From: Podarcis tiliguerta | Taxonomy: Eukaryota | Strand: one strand, 5' to 3' | DNA: 64,000 bases | Assembly (NCBI GenBank): GCA_965153285.1 | Contig: OZ229116.1 | In this document: one piece after another, positions 38,753-50,412 of the stretch | Layout: each line of letters opens with the position of its first letter | How positions within the stretch are numbered: the stretch's first letter is position 1 | Position numbers and translations under genes: made by a program | The notes under the pieces: model-generated | What the model was told of the DNA's origin: nothing | The model's input: only the letters and a program-made list of their open reading frames with translations | The model's database searches: none

Positions 38753-39836
38753 ACTGCATTGGGAAGTCTGAGACTAACAGAAACAAGTCTTAATCAGTTT
38801 TCAGTGTTTTCCTTTGTTCCTGTACTCTTAGAGAAAAAACAACACCTCTGAATTTTAATTGAATGTACTATATTCAGCAGCTTCTGCAGCAATTATGGTA
38901 GCACAAGATTATTGGGAGGAGATTTTGTCCACTCCCCTATATTCAACCATGTATAATATGCATACACCCCATCCGTTACAGGGAGGAAGAGCACTACCTA
39001 TATTTGCTGAAGAAACAGTGCAACTCATGTTCCGTCCCACCCAGGTCAAATAGAAAATAGAAACCCTTTGGGTTTTCTGTCTTTCTCTTTGGTCAGTGAT
39101 AATCTGCTCACATAATGGAAATTTGAAGCCTCTTATGAAACAAATATCAAAAGCACACTCGGGAAATGCAATACTACCATGGCTTGGAGGCAGAAAAGGG
39201 CATGCCACTCTTGAGAAGAATTACTCAACTTTCTGAAAGTGACATTCCATTACTTCATAAAATACTGGATTATAGATTATTAGCCTCAAAATGTTACTCT
39301 CTCTGCACCAGCCTGCCCTTCTTCCCATTCATCTCCAGATACTAAGTAGGATTAACTGGTATAAAATACTCAGAAATGTCTATTCCATGTTTAGTGCAGT
39401 GTTTTGAATTTGCTCTTACAACTTTTATTACCATGCTCAAATCTTTATGGAATTAAGAGCCATTTAAATCTTTAAGAGTTTAACTAAAATGAAGTATTTT
39501 ATTTTTTTTAATCTGCAATGCACTTAAGATGTGCTCAGCACTATCATAGGTGGGAGGAACTGGTCCTAAGCAACAGCATGGATATTTCAAATGTATCTGG
39601 GTATTTGCTGTCAAAAGCAAACTCTCAAAGGAAGTTGTGCGCATTTCAAAGCCAGCAAGGCAGCTCTGAAACTACTGTACACAGCAGATTTACCCCTTTG
39701 TTTGGGGTACATTAAACTTTATGGGATTATATATTTGTATAAAACTGAGTACATAAATTCCAGAGGGCTTGCTGCTCTTGTATAATTTAATTGCTGTTTG
39801 GAAGTATAGTGTTAACTGAATAATTTAATTGCTATT

Positions 39837-39842
39837 AATAAA
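39837..39842 (+). terminator. OSBPL1A: Probable OSBPL1A polyadenylation signal AATAAA
   Basis: AATAAA about 1.1 kb after the stop, at the end of AU-rich UTR-like sequence with TGTA elements. Confidence 0.65.
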
Positions 39843-40889
39843 GACTTTAAACTGCCTCGTGGCCAGAATTTCTTTATTGCATTCAGGGAGGTGGGGTATC
39901 AAACCAGGAAAGGGTGGGTTTTTTAAGCTTTGCAAAATGTTTATTGAATCAGTTCACCCTAAAGCATATTGGTGGTTGAATAGTTAAGATAGTAAAATGA
40001 ATGAGATTAGTTATCCTAATTTTATAGAAGTCCTATTATTTATCTTCCCACCACACTGCTTGGGGGGGGGGGAGGTGAGAGCATGTTAGTCCAAATGGGT
40101 CTATTTGGAGGGCCAATGGTAACCCACAACTGTCTTACTGCCCCAGGTTGTCTAGCATACAGCAAAGGTTTGCTTCACATATTGTATAATTTTGAGGTGG
40201 GAAAGGGCACTTTGTGTTGGGCAGGAGAGATGGGGCCCCTAAACTTTCGTAAAGTCTTCTGCCATACCAGGGAACTTGGACAGAGGGAAATAATTAGCCT
40301 CTTTCTTAAGTATGGGCTTTAGAACTACAAAGAAGCAGTGAGTACTGCTGCTTCTCTATATATCCAAAGTCCAACCTGAAATAAGAGCTTGGCCTGCCTC
40401 TCTTTCTCGAGTCCTCGGAATTGCCAGAATGACTACAATTAATGTCCTGCTACTACAACCACCCAAAAATTGTGGGTGGAGGCTTTCTAGTTCCCACCTT
40501 GGGATGGAAAAACCAATGGCTGAGACAAAACAGCATTCTTATATGAGAGCCTGTTTTCATTTTGCAGTTGCATGGAATCTCCATGCCCTCATTCTGTATT
40601 TCTTGGACATGACGTTCTATTTTGTCAATTACCCAGTCATAAGACTTCTGACTAAGGGCCTTCCAAGTAGCGTGACAACTTACTGGGAAGGGAATATTGT
40701 CCTGAACTTTAGAAACTATATAACAATAAGGCCAACGTTCATTTAGACTTTCTTTCCCTAGCAGTCCATTTTAAATTTCTCAAATAGATCAAAGGTCAAA
40801 ATGAGGAAAGTGTCCTGATTTTAGTTCACTACTCCTTGATTACTAGTCTTATAACTAAATACCAATGCTTTTTAAAAAACAGTCTTTAG

Positions 40890-40996
40890 ATAAGAGCGCT
40901 TGCATTGCTTTATTGCGTGTATTAGTTAATCAATTTCTAATTAAAGATGCAGGTTTCCATTCTGGGGTGAAATGTTGAACAGCACCTCTTCTCAAT
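40890..40996 (-). other. CABYR: Candidate CABYR terminal (3' UTR) exon
   Basis: Minus strand: branch-like cactaag, pyrimidine tract ending ccctccag|ATTGAG..., AATAAA at 40914-40909; partner donor at 46336. Confidence 0.5.
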
Positions 40997-43779
40997 CTGG
41001 GAGGGAAAAAGTTTAACTTAGTGAATTTAGCATTTTTTGTACATAGCAGTAGCAAAACATCGGCTCTACCGCATTCTCTTGCAGAAAGGTATAAGGACTC
41101 AGTGCATTCTAACCTGACAGCAACTCTCAAACAATCTCAGCCAGAGGTTGTTGTTCCCTGCCCTACAAACCAAGTTCTTTTAACTAGAGAAATCAGTGGT
41201 TTGAGCACCCGAACTATAACCAGCAAAGCATGTGCTCTGTGGCCTTCCTTGCAGCAAGAAATTGAAAACTACAGTTTGAAGTAGGTTTCCAATTTCGGCT
41301 TTGAGGCCGTGTGCGAACAATGTTTTGCTGATTCAGGTGTCACAGCAAACCGACTGGTGCTGAACAAGAACCTTGAAAGAGCAGCAGCATGCAAGAGCAG
41401 AGTGAGGGCACCATGACTCTGCAACTCATTTCCGATCCTCTTAAGGGGGTGGGCTAACTTGTAGCACCCCCACCCTCAGCTGTATGTTTGCTTTCATCAC
41501 ATACGCATTAAAAAACAATCTCGGCAGCAATCTACAATCAAACACGGTCATGACAAACATAATGGATCTCAGCTCTACCCCACTACAGAAACAAAACAGC
41601 ATATTCACTGGGTGATGAAAAAGTGGTAAAACAGAGGACTATCTTATTTCTAGTAGAAGTTCCACAAATGGGGCACAGTAGCAGAGAATGCCCTGTCTTG
41701 GGTCATCAGAAGCAAGACCTCCTCCACAGATCTTTAACTCCAAGGGTAGCAGATACAGAGAGATGTATTCGGGGACCAGACTCTATAGACCTATAGACAG
41801 CCAGTATGGCAAATACATGTGGGATGAAAATGAGATTATGGGGGAGCAGAGAAGAACAAATTCTGGAGGCTTTTGTTGACATGCAAGGGCTGCTTAGAGA
41901 GAGGCAGAGATTTAGTAAGCCCTTGCTGATGTTAGTCTCCCCAACTTCAGAATTATTTCCTTTGTGCAAGTGATTCACAAACCTATCTGCCATGACAGAC
42001 AGCAGGGATTCTATTAACTCTGTTTTTTAAAGTACAATCGTGCACAACTGTGCACAAGTGGAAGGGTGCCAGGAGAAAGAATTACAATTACAGTAGTTTG
42101 GTGCTCCCTGTTTCCAGCTGAAACATTGCAACCAGTGCCAACCAGAAGGGGCACTGATTTCCACAGATGTCATGGTCCTACCACCCAAATGGGAACAGAA
42201 AGCTAAGGCAGAGCATCTTCCTAAACTCTTCTGAACTATATGTAGCAAATAGGAAATTAAGGCTACAGTGGAAGGGTGCCAGTAAGTCCCATTGGATTTA
42301 GTAGGACTTCTGGGTAGACACAGAATCACACTTTTTTATAGCTTTCCAAAATAATTTATAAGTTTTTGTGATTCTTACAAATGACTTCTTCACGCAGCTC
42401 ATCATGCAATGAAGGTGTAGGATCTGAAACTAAAAACCCCTTCCACAATGCCAGCTTATTCAAGGGCTAGCCTGCCTCTAACTGGATGTTCCATACAGCT
42501 ATCAATTGAGATATCTTTCTTTCTCCAGGTTCAGAGGCTGTCTGTCTCTGAATAGGCTGATGGAGACTAACAGAAAAGCATTATTAGCCTCAAACTCTGC
42601 TTGTGGGCTTCATTTTGAACCTGGTTTCCATTGGGGGGAATCCAGAGATGCTGGATTAGATGGGCCTTTGGAATGGGCCTGCTCGTCTATGAAAAGCCTT
42701 TTCATATAATCTGATCCCTACCCCATTTTAAAGAAAAGATTGCTCTTTTCTATCTATCTTGAATCAAGTTTTTGCTTTTTTGTTAGCCTGTGAATACAAC
42801 CCAGTGCTTCAAGAATCTTAACAAATCCCACTGTTCTGACGCATGAAGGTTTTTATTCTGTAATACTATACAACTGACAGGAAAATGATGCATTTTAGCA
42901 TCTCTATAGCCTAAAAAAGTTTCTAGAGTTGCTTACAAAGATCAGACAGTCAGGTCTCGCTTTGAGGGAGAAATTTAAAATCGTGTAACTACACGTAGTT
43001 ATTGGGAAGGTGGAAGGGAGAGTAAATTTTTTGGTTGGAGTACCTGAGAACACATTGGGAAAGAATGGTGGTTGGAAAGAATTGGGGGAAGGGGGGTGAG
43101 AGATGGAAGGAAGGATGAAAAAGAGAGGTGGAGAACAGAGGAAAATGCGGAAGGAGGATGCTGTGCTCTGGCAATCCCAGAAATAGTTTCCCTCTAAGCT
43201 GACCTATTATTACTGCAGAGCTTGTGCAAGAAACAGAAGTAATGATCATTATCACCATCTTTATATAGCCTTAATTAATACAAGTAAAACATTAATGTGT
43301 ACCACTATCTACTTTTGTGTTGTCCACCCCCACCCCATCCAAGCTTTTAGCCCGGCTATGAGCCTGAAATTTGTCCTTCACCTCCAACTACTACATTAAA
43401 GGAAATGGATGTTTATGTACAATTTTGGTGCAGCTAAACTGATACTGTCTACACCGAAGGTGGGAATGCATCAAGTCTGTAAGAGCTACATGGTGTTTTA
43501 ACAGATGCCTTAACCCTGTTCACGTGTTACTTACAGGTGATGGTTGCAGAACAGAACCATGCTTTTAGCCCTGCCTGCACCTGACATACATCTGTATGTG
43601 AATAACATGAGAAAATAGGCATTGAATTACAAAATTCGAAGCTCAGGCATGGAATTGCTGTCCTACACAAAAATCCACTCCTAGAGACCCTGTCCCCCTC
43701 CTCCCCATGGCTTTTCCTAATTTCATCAGGGAGATGGATTTTGTTGTTCCCATTGTCAAACAACTGTAGATCTACCAGT

Positions 43780-43925
43780 AGAGCCCAAACTACCTTCTCC
43801 GCATGCCCCCTGCCAACCTGGTCTGCACTGTCAGGAGCTTGCCAGGGTTTCTTAGACAACCCAAGCTGGAGATGCCAGGGAATGAACTGTGGACATTCTG
43901 CCTGCAAGTCATGTGGTCTACCCTC
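43780..43925 (-). mobile_element. Degenerate tRNA-derived SINE
   Basis: ctggagatgccagggaatgaac...ttctgcctgcaag..tgtggtctacc resembles an antisense tRNA head with B box. Confidence 0.5.
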
Positions 43926-46342
43926 ACCCTTCCAAATGTAAAATTCTCCTTAGCAGAAAGCTGCCACCACTGCACTCTTTTACAAATATTTTACCTGCTA
44001 TATTTTTAATTCTGACATGGCTTTCTGCCTTGTACTGATGCAACTGTCAGCTCTCATCACACCCACACTATATATGGAAAGTACATGTAAGGCAGATTTA
44101 AACCACATGGCTTCCCCAAGAGAACCTTGGGAACTGTAGTTTGTTAAGGGTGTTTGGAATTGCAAGTCTACAGTTCTCCAGATGCTTTGGGGCAGATCAT
44201 GTGCTTTAAATGTCTAGTGTGTTTGTGACCTAGGTTATTGGAAACTACTCCCAAAAGTATGTTTACTTTATGCCCATCTTTGCAGGTCACATCTATTCAT
44301 GGTTTAATTTCTCGATAGGACCGAATTATACCCACCCATCCTTTGTAGGCTATGCTATCTTTAACTACTTGGTCAGCTCACAAAGATGAGAACTGTAACT
44401 ATTTCAGAACTGTTTTAAAGCATCTGCATTATGAGGCCCACCAGGCTAAAATGACACCACCAAGCCCTCAGCAGCTCTTGAGCTCCTTGTGGCTTAAGCT
44501 GGCCTCATCTGCTGCCAACAAAGTTGCATTTGACCCATTTACACGATGTTTGTAGGAACTGATCTACTGTTTCATAATCACTGCAATTTTACAACACCAG
44601 CACTTTGACAAACCCCAGATCATCCCCGAATTTAAGTCTACTATCTCTCCCTCCCTGTTTGGCTATTCTCATACACTCTGATACACTGAGTAATTGGCCC
44701 TCAACACCATGACATGTGTCCTTTTAAACAATACATTAGACAATATCCAATGTCATGTGAGGAGTAGGGGTGGAAGTGGATGGGTAAGGCCTGTGTCAGA
44801 ACTGGACATCTGTTCCACAAGCAGGCTGACACTGTTGGTTGTCACCCTTAATACAGAGCAACAGTTCTAAAGCATCAAAGCAAAGGCAAACCGGGTAAGA
44901 TTTTCAGAAGTAACAAAGACAGCATTTCATGGACTGTTGAAAAAAGAATGGAACTGATCTGCATGTCTCAGCAAATCTCTAGAAAACCTGCAACCTATTC
45001 CACACTTTCAAGTTCAACAACAACCAGAACAAAACTACTTTTATCTTTCACATACGATAGCAGCTGGAAAATAACTCTGAGTGGCGTTCAACTAAGTTTT
45101 ACTCAGACTTATTCAAATGAATGGCTCCAATTTAGTGATGTTCATTAATTTTAAAGGATCTGCTCTCAGTAAAACTTAGTTGAATGCCACCCTCTATTTT
45201 AAAGATAGCTCTTCATTAATTCTGCAATGTAGAAAACTTGCAGCAAGTATTCTGTGGACCTTCATCAAATTTCTAACCCAAACTTAGTCTCCAATAACGG
45301 ACAATGCACATGAAAGAAAAGGAAAGCAAACGACAACAGATTCAGCAAGGGGGCTCACAAGCTTCAAACCCGTTTCTCAGAAACTGGCCAAATGCACATT
45401 CCAAAGGAAATCAACAACATCCCTTCAGTCATTTGCTGAGTATTTTTTTAAATGTTCTATGAACAACACTTGATTTGCCACTGCATCTCTGAAAAAGGGA
45501 CACACTCACCAAACCAATTAAGATGTGAATGGCATCAGCACCCTCATACAGCTCAGAGCACTATGTCCTTGGAAACAGGGTCCCAGGTGCATAACTGGGC
45601 AGGGAACAGATGCGCACAACACAGTGCTCCATGTGCCATTACCCTCTCTACGCGCTAAGCCTCTCTCTCCATGCACTACAAGTCCCATCATCCCTGGCCA
45701 TGCTTGCTGAGGCTGGTGGGAGTTGTAGTTCAGCAACATCTGGAGGGCCAAAGGTTTCTTTACACCTGCATCAAGTCCTTTCCTGAATACAAAAGTCCTA
45801 CCAATGAATTGCGGGGCAAGGTGGAGGATATTCAATTTCCAAACTTTTAACTTTTCTGCCAAACAGTCAAAGAACAGAATTTAAGTTTCATAAAAAAACA
45901 GAAGCTAAGCACAGACTTTTGCATCAGAGCCATCACCTGGGAATACATTCCATTGAAATCCGTAGGATTTGAGTTCCAAGTTGAAAGCTTATGGTCACTG
46001 CCAACTGAGGTGTGTGCAGAGAATTCCAACATTATTTTAGTGTCCCATTTTCAGCAGCTGACAACCCTTAAAAAATAAACTACTTGTCTACTATTTATTT
46101 TTCACCGCTCCCAATATGAAACTGGTACAGCTTCTTCTCTAGAGGGAAATGCATAAAATAAATGTGGGGTTAGGGACCCCCCCCCCCCCAGTTTGCAACC
46201 ATGGAAGAAAACTTTCTGATCCCAGAATGGCTGCAGCATATTAGAAATGTAGCCCACTAGAGAATACATCTCTACAATCAACCAACCAACCAACCAACCA
46301 TTAAAATAATAAAAAAAGTGAACTGATCTACTTACCCTTTTG

Positions 46343-46977
46343 CTATTCTGTCCTGCGCACAGAGGCAGTAGTAAATGTGATCTCTCCAGCTATACCATAG
46401 CTGCCTGCAAAGGGTGCTTTATCCCCAGCTCCTGAGCCCTTCTTCCCATTCATCACATCTTCCAGTGGTATGGCAACTGAAAGAAAAACTGGAGTTGGAG
46501 GCCTGCCGCTATCCTGTGCGGAGTTAAAATTGGGATTGGCCATTTTCGGATCTGCTGCCCTGGCAACTGGTACGGGTATCGTAGCGAACCTCCTCACAGT
46601 CCCGCCAGTATCCTGCTGTGCAAGGACAGCATGGCCAGGTATGGGTTTCCAGTCCTGTTTATTCTGAACAGAAGAGCCCACTAAAATGAAAGGTGGTGCA
46701 TTTCCCTTCTTCCCTTCTTCCATCATCACATAAGTTGGAGAGGACACTTGTGGTGGTTGGCCTTGTTGTAGCATCTGCGGCTGTAGATACTGCGGCTGGT
46801 CCTTACCACTAGATATGAATAGGGTTGCCTGGGGAACAGGAGCACCAGTTCCAACAGGTGGAAGGGGTGGTGGAGGTGGTGGTGACTTGCGACCTTGTTG
46901 ATGCATATCAGTTAGACAATAGAGAGTCCACACATTAGAATATGGTGGTGGTTGTCCTGGTTCGCTTGTTGCCATGG
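46343..46977 (-). CDS. CABYR: CABYR CR-B exon (exon continues to donor at 46336)
   Basis: tttatag|CC ATG; (A)MATSEPGQPPPYSNVWTLYCLTD...PPFILVGS...PVFLSVAIPLED...GSYGIAGEITFTTASVRRTE*. Confidence 0.93.
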
Positions 46978-48234
46978 CTATAAAATAAAAATTTAAAGAA
47001 AATTTGCTGGCATGAAAGACCATCTAGTAGGATGTACGAACTGCAGTCACATTGCATAGCCTTACCCACAACTTTATGCCACAAAGAAAGGATGTTACAG
47101 AGAGGAGAGAATCCCTGAAGGCAAAAGGGAGGACCTTGGCATGGCTGAAATGGAGAACAGCAGAAGAACCGGTTCTCATAATTTTCGAAATAAATCCAAA
47201 GTATCAGATTCACAACTTTGGGGGGAAATTTTTGTCATTAGGTACTTCTGTTGGTTGTAAGGATACTGTTTTCGTATGGGTGACCCAAAGATCATGGGTT
47301 GAAAGTGTCTCCTCGACCACAAGTCCTGTCCAGCCATGCCAACCCTTTGTGTTCCTCTAACCCCTGTCCCCTTCGGCATTCTCTCTTCTGTAAGATGCTT
47401 CCAGACCTTACCTACCTACACCTCTCTAATGGGAAGTGACTCTAGGGAATAGTGTGCCATCGAAGGGCACACCAAGGCCATGGGAAAGGTGCTAGGAGAG
47501 CTTCTCCAGCTCGAGAACAGGAGTGGGCTACACACTTCTCACAGAGGGAGAGCAGAGAACGAGAGGAAACGGTGTCGCCATTGGAAGCCAATCCTCCAGC
47601 TGCAGCAAGATCGGCAGTTCTCAGCAAGAAGCGATTAGTCCCCTCTCTGTCAACAATCTGGAGAAGACCAGGCCTAATGGGACAGCCCAGGCAACCACCA
47701 CCATTTCTTTTAAATGCAAAAACCTAAGCAGTGCCATGGCTGAGCATCTGAATACTAGTTCGTTTTTAAAAAAACACAACCTGAAGCCACAGTCACCCAC
47801 ATCACTTTCTGCTAACCGTTGTGAGCATGTGTGTAATTTTGATTCAAGATGCATAGTCTATTGTGAGAGGGGCTAATCATGGTTTAAAGAAGGGCCAAAA
47901 GGCATTGGCCTAACTCCCCGCTGAATGTCATCCTGCTCCTGCCCAGTCTGCTTGCAGGAAATGATACAAGACTTGAGCAGAAAAATGGGGCAGCTGGCAC
48001 TCATGCAAGGTACGTTTTTGGGCCTACTCACAATCAACCATGCACCTGGAAAAAAACAGAGGCAAAAATTCCAGACATGCACATTCCAGTTAGGTGCTGT
48101 GGGCTCTGTAACTCCCTAAAAGCAAAAGCGACCAATCACTTATCTCAACACGGCACTGCCATAGATACTTGCATTTAAATAATTAAAGCTCCAGTCCCCA
48201 AGGCACTGTACCAGCACAAGGCCTTTGGGGTCAC

Positions 48235-48388
48235 AACCACACCATTCATTTAAAGCACATGGCTTCCCCCACAAAGTCCTGGGAATTGTAGTTTAAGGGT
48301 GCTGGGGGCTCTGTGAGAGGTAAACTGCAGTTCCCAGTATGCTTTGTCGGGGGAGCCATGTGCTTTTAATGTACAGCGTGGGTGTGAC
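48235..48388. repeat. Short palindromic interspersed repeat (family B)
   Basis: acacc..taaagcacatggcttcccc..ctgggaattgtagttt ... aaactgcagttcccag..ggggagccatgtgctttta..ggtgtgacc; related copies near 44085-44230 and 52030-52206. Confidence 0.7.
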
Positions 48389-48513
48389 CTCAGCCTCAGC
48401 TGAGCTATGGGCACAAGTGCATTTGAGGAGATGGAGCCATCTGTTGATTATGGAGCAATAATATCACTACAACATGGAATAGGCAGCTTTCAGAAATATC
48501 TTGACTTTCTTAC

Positions 48514-49701
48514 CTGACATAATAAAACCTGGATCAGCTGACCTCAGTTCCTCTGCAGTATCCATCCTGTCAGGGTCACATTCTGCATCATCTGCAGATG
48601 GATCTAGAATACTAGCAAACTGACCTGCATTCTGCGAAGCCATCAGCGGATTAAAGAGACATGCTACAGTGTCTACGAAAGGAATTACTATCTGCTGCGG
48701 AAACTGCTCTACATACGGTGGTGGTTGGGGCTCTCCACCAGCATTGGGATCATCATCACACATGGGGGTGAGCTGTATGTCTGATGTGAGCTCAATTTCA
48801 CTTGAACAAGGTTCAGCCCGCAATGGGTCTTTATCAGGAGGAGGAGGTGGTGGTGGTGGCGGGGGCGGCTGTTCTTCCAGCAAGGGGTCTGAGGAATCTG
48901 GATCTGCTACGTCAGCAGGTGGCTGCTCAGCCTGACTGCCTGAGGTAACTACCTCCCCAGGAGCAGAGGTGTGGCTTTGAGTGGCGGACCCAGGCCTGAG
49001 AGAGTGTACAGAAGCTGCAGGGGCAGCAGGCTCTGCTTCTGCAGGGGCAGCAGGCTCTGCTTCTGCTTCTGCAGGTGCAGCAGGCTCTGCTTCCTCGGGG
49101 GCAGGCTCTGGTTCTGCGGGGGCAGGTTCCGGTTCCGCAGAGGCAGGTTCCGGTTCCACGGGGGCAGGTTCTGGTTCTGCAGGGGCAGGTTCTGGTTCTG
49201 CAGGGGTAGGTGGTTCCTCTTCTGCAGGGGCAGGCACTACTTCCGATGGGGCAGGTTCCGGTGCGGGTGAGGGTGGCGGGGCCTCTGTGACTGAAGCAGC
49301 AAGGTTCTCTACACTTTGGGATGAGGTAGGGAGTGTCTGCACTGAGACCGCCACATCCTTCAGTTCAGCTTCGGAAGAAACAGGTTCAACTTTACCTAGC
49401 ATCTGGGATGCCAGCTGGGCTGGATCGGCCGGGACGTAGGCGAGCCCAGCTCCCTTTTCGTCCCCAGCCCTGTCTACAAACTCGTCCACGGTCGATGGGT
49501 ACTGGGTTGTCTTGGTGCACTGTTCACGGCGTGGTTCTTCACTTATCTGGTCCTCTTCTGTGTCAGTCGATTTCTCCTTCCGTTTCGGTTCGTCACTCAT
49601 CGGAGCCGTCGTGTCCACCTCTGGCCTATATGCATCTCCCACGTCAGCCCTTTTGCGGGGCACCTGTGCCGCTCCTGCTGTCCCTTCTGCCCATCCTTCC
49701 A
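48514..49701 (-). CDS. CABYR: CABYR large acidic CR-A exon
   Basis: cctgcag|TG; (V)EGWAEGT...EKSTDTEED...KTTQYPS...AYVPADPAQLASQMLGKV...YVEQFPQQIVIPFVDTVACL...; donor TCAG|GTAAGA at 48514. Confidence 0.92.
49015..49270 (-). repeat. CABYR: Coding minisatellite (21-nt PAEPEPA units and PAAPAEAE units)
   Basis: Repeated gggggcagg(t/c)tc(t/c)ggttc units; protein PAEPEPA-type x5 then AEPAAPA x3. Confidence 0.9.
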
Positions 49702-50090
49702 CTGCAGGGTGAACAGGAAACAAGGTTAAACAGCTTTCTCCTCAAAGCGCTTTCTCTCTCTCTTTCTCTCTAAGCCACCAACTTGCAGTTGCTTAAAGCC
49801 ACCAACTTCCAAGTCCAGTTTGAAAAGCTTAACACTTATTTATTAATTGCTGGGAGACTCAATGAACGGCTAACATGGAGCTTGTGAAACGTTGAGGTTG
49901 TTCCATACATTCAACTGTCAGATAGTGTCCACTTGTCATTTCAAGGCTGCACAATAGGAGCCGGTTTTCTGCAATTCCCCAAAGACTGGATTTTAAAAAT
50001 ACTTTCACTTTATAATTTAAATGCTGAACAGGAAATGTCATAATGACCTAGACAACATTAATCCCTTTCCATAAAACCACTTATTTCCTT

Positions 50091-50412
50091 TGGAGAGGGG
50101 TTACAGCTCAGTGACAGAGCAAGTGTTTTTTAAAACCTCTTCCTGTAATAGCTCATGATCTGTGATTTTTATTTTTTAATGTGGTTTCAATTGTACAGAT
50201 GTAATTGTTGCAAACCAATTTGCTATTTTTTTATTTAATTTTCATATGCAAGTGTTTTTTTATGAAGAAATACATATACAAGGTCCGCTGTTTGCTCCAG
50301 TCCAGGCAGGACTGGGAAAGACCTCTATTCAAAACTCTGGGAAATTGCTACTACTAGTCAAGTATCAACAATACTGAGGTAGATACTGGCCTGATTTGGT
50401 ATTAGGCAGCTG
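50091..50412 (+). mobile_element. Degenerate tRNA-derived SINE interrupted by a ~115-bp insertion
   Basis: Head acagctcagtgacagagca, body ctgggaaagacc...caatactgag; duplicated gcaagtgtttttt at 50119 and 50248. Confidence 0.5.

Noticed and set aside
41340-41363. REST/NRSE site (minus-strand TTCAGCACC)
   Set aside because: Only the left half-site; no properly spaced GGACAG half
48669-49773. + strand Gly/Ser/Ala-rich ORFs (silk-like GAGSGSA, 152 aa and others)
   Set aside because: Antisense shadows of the repetitive CABYR exon; no independent splice or promoter support
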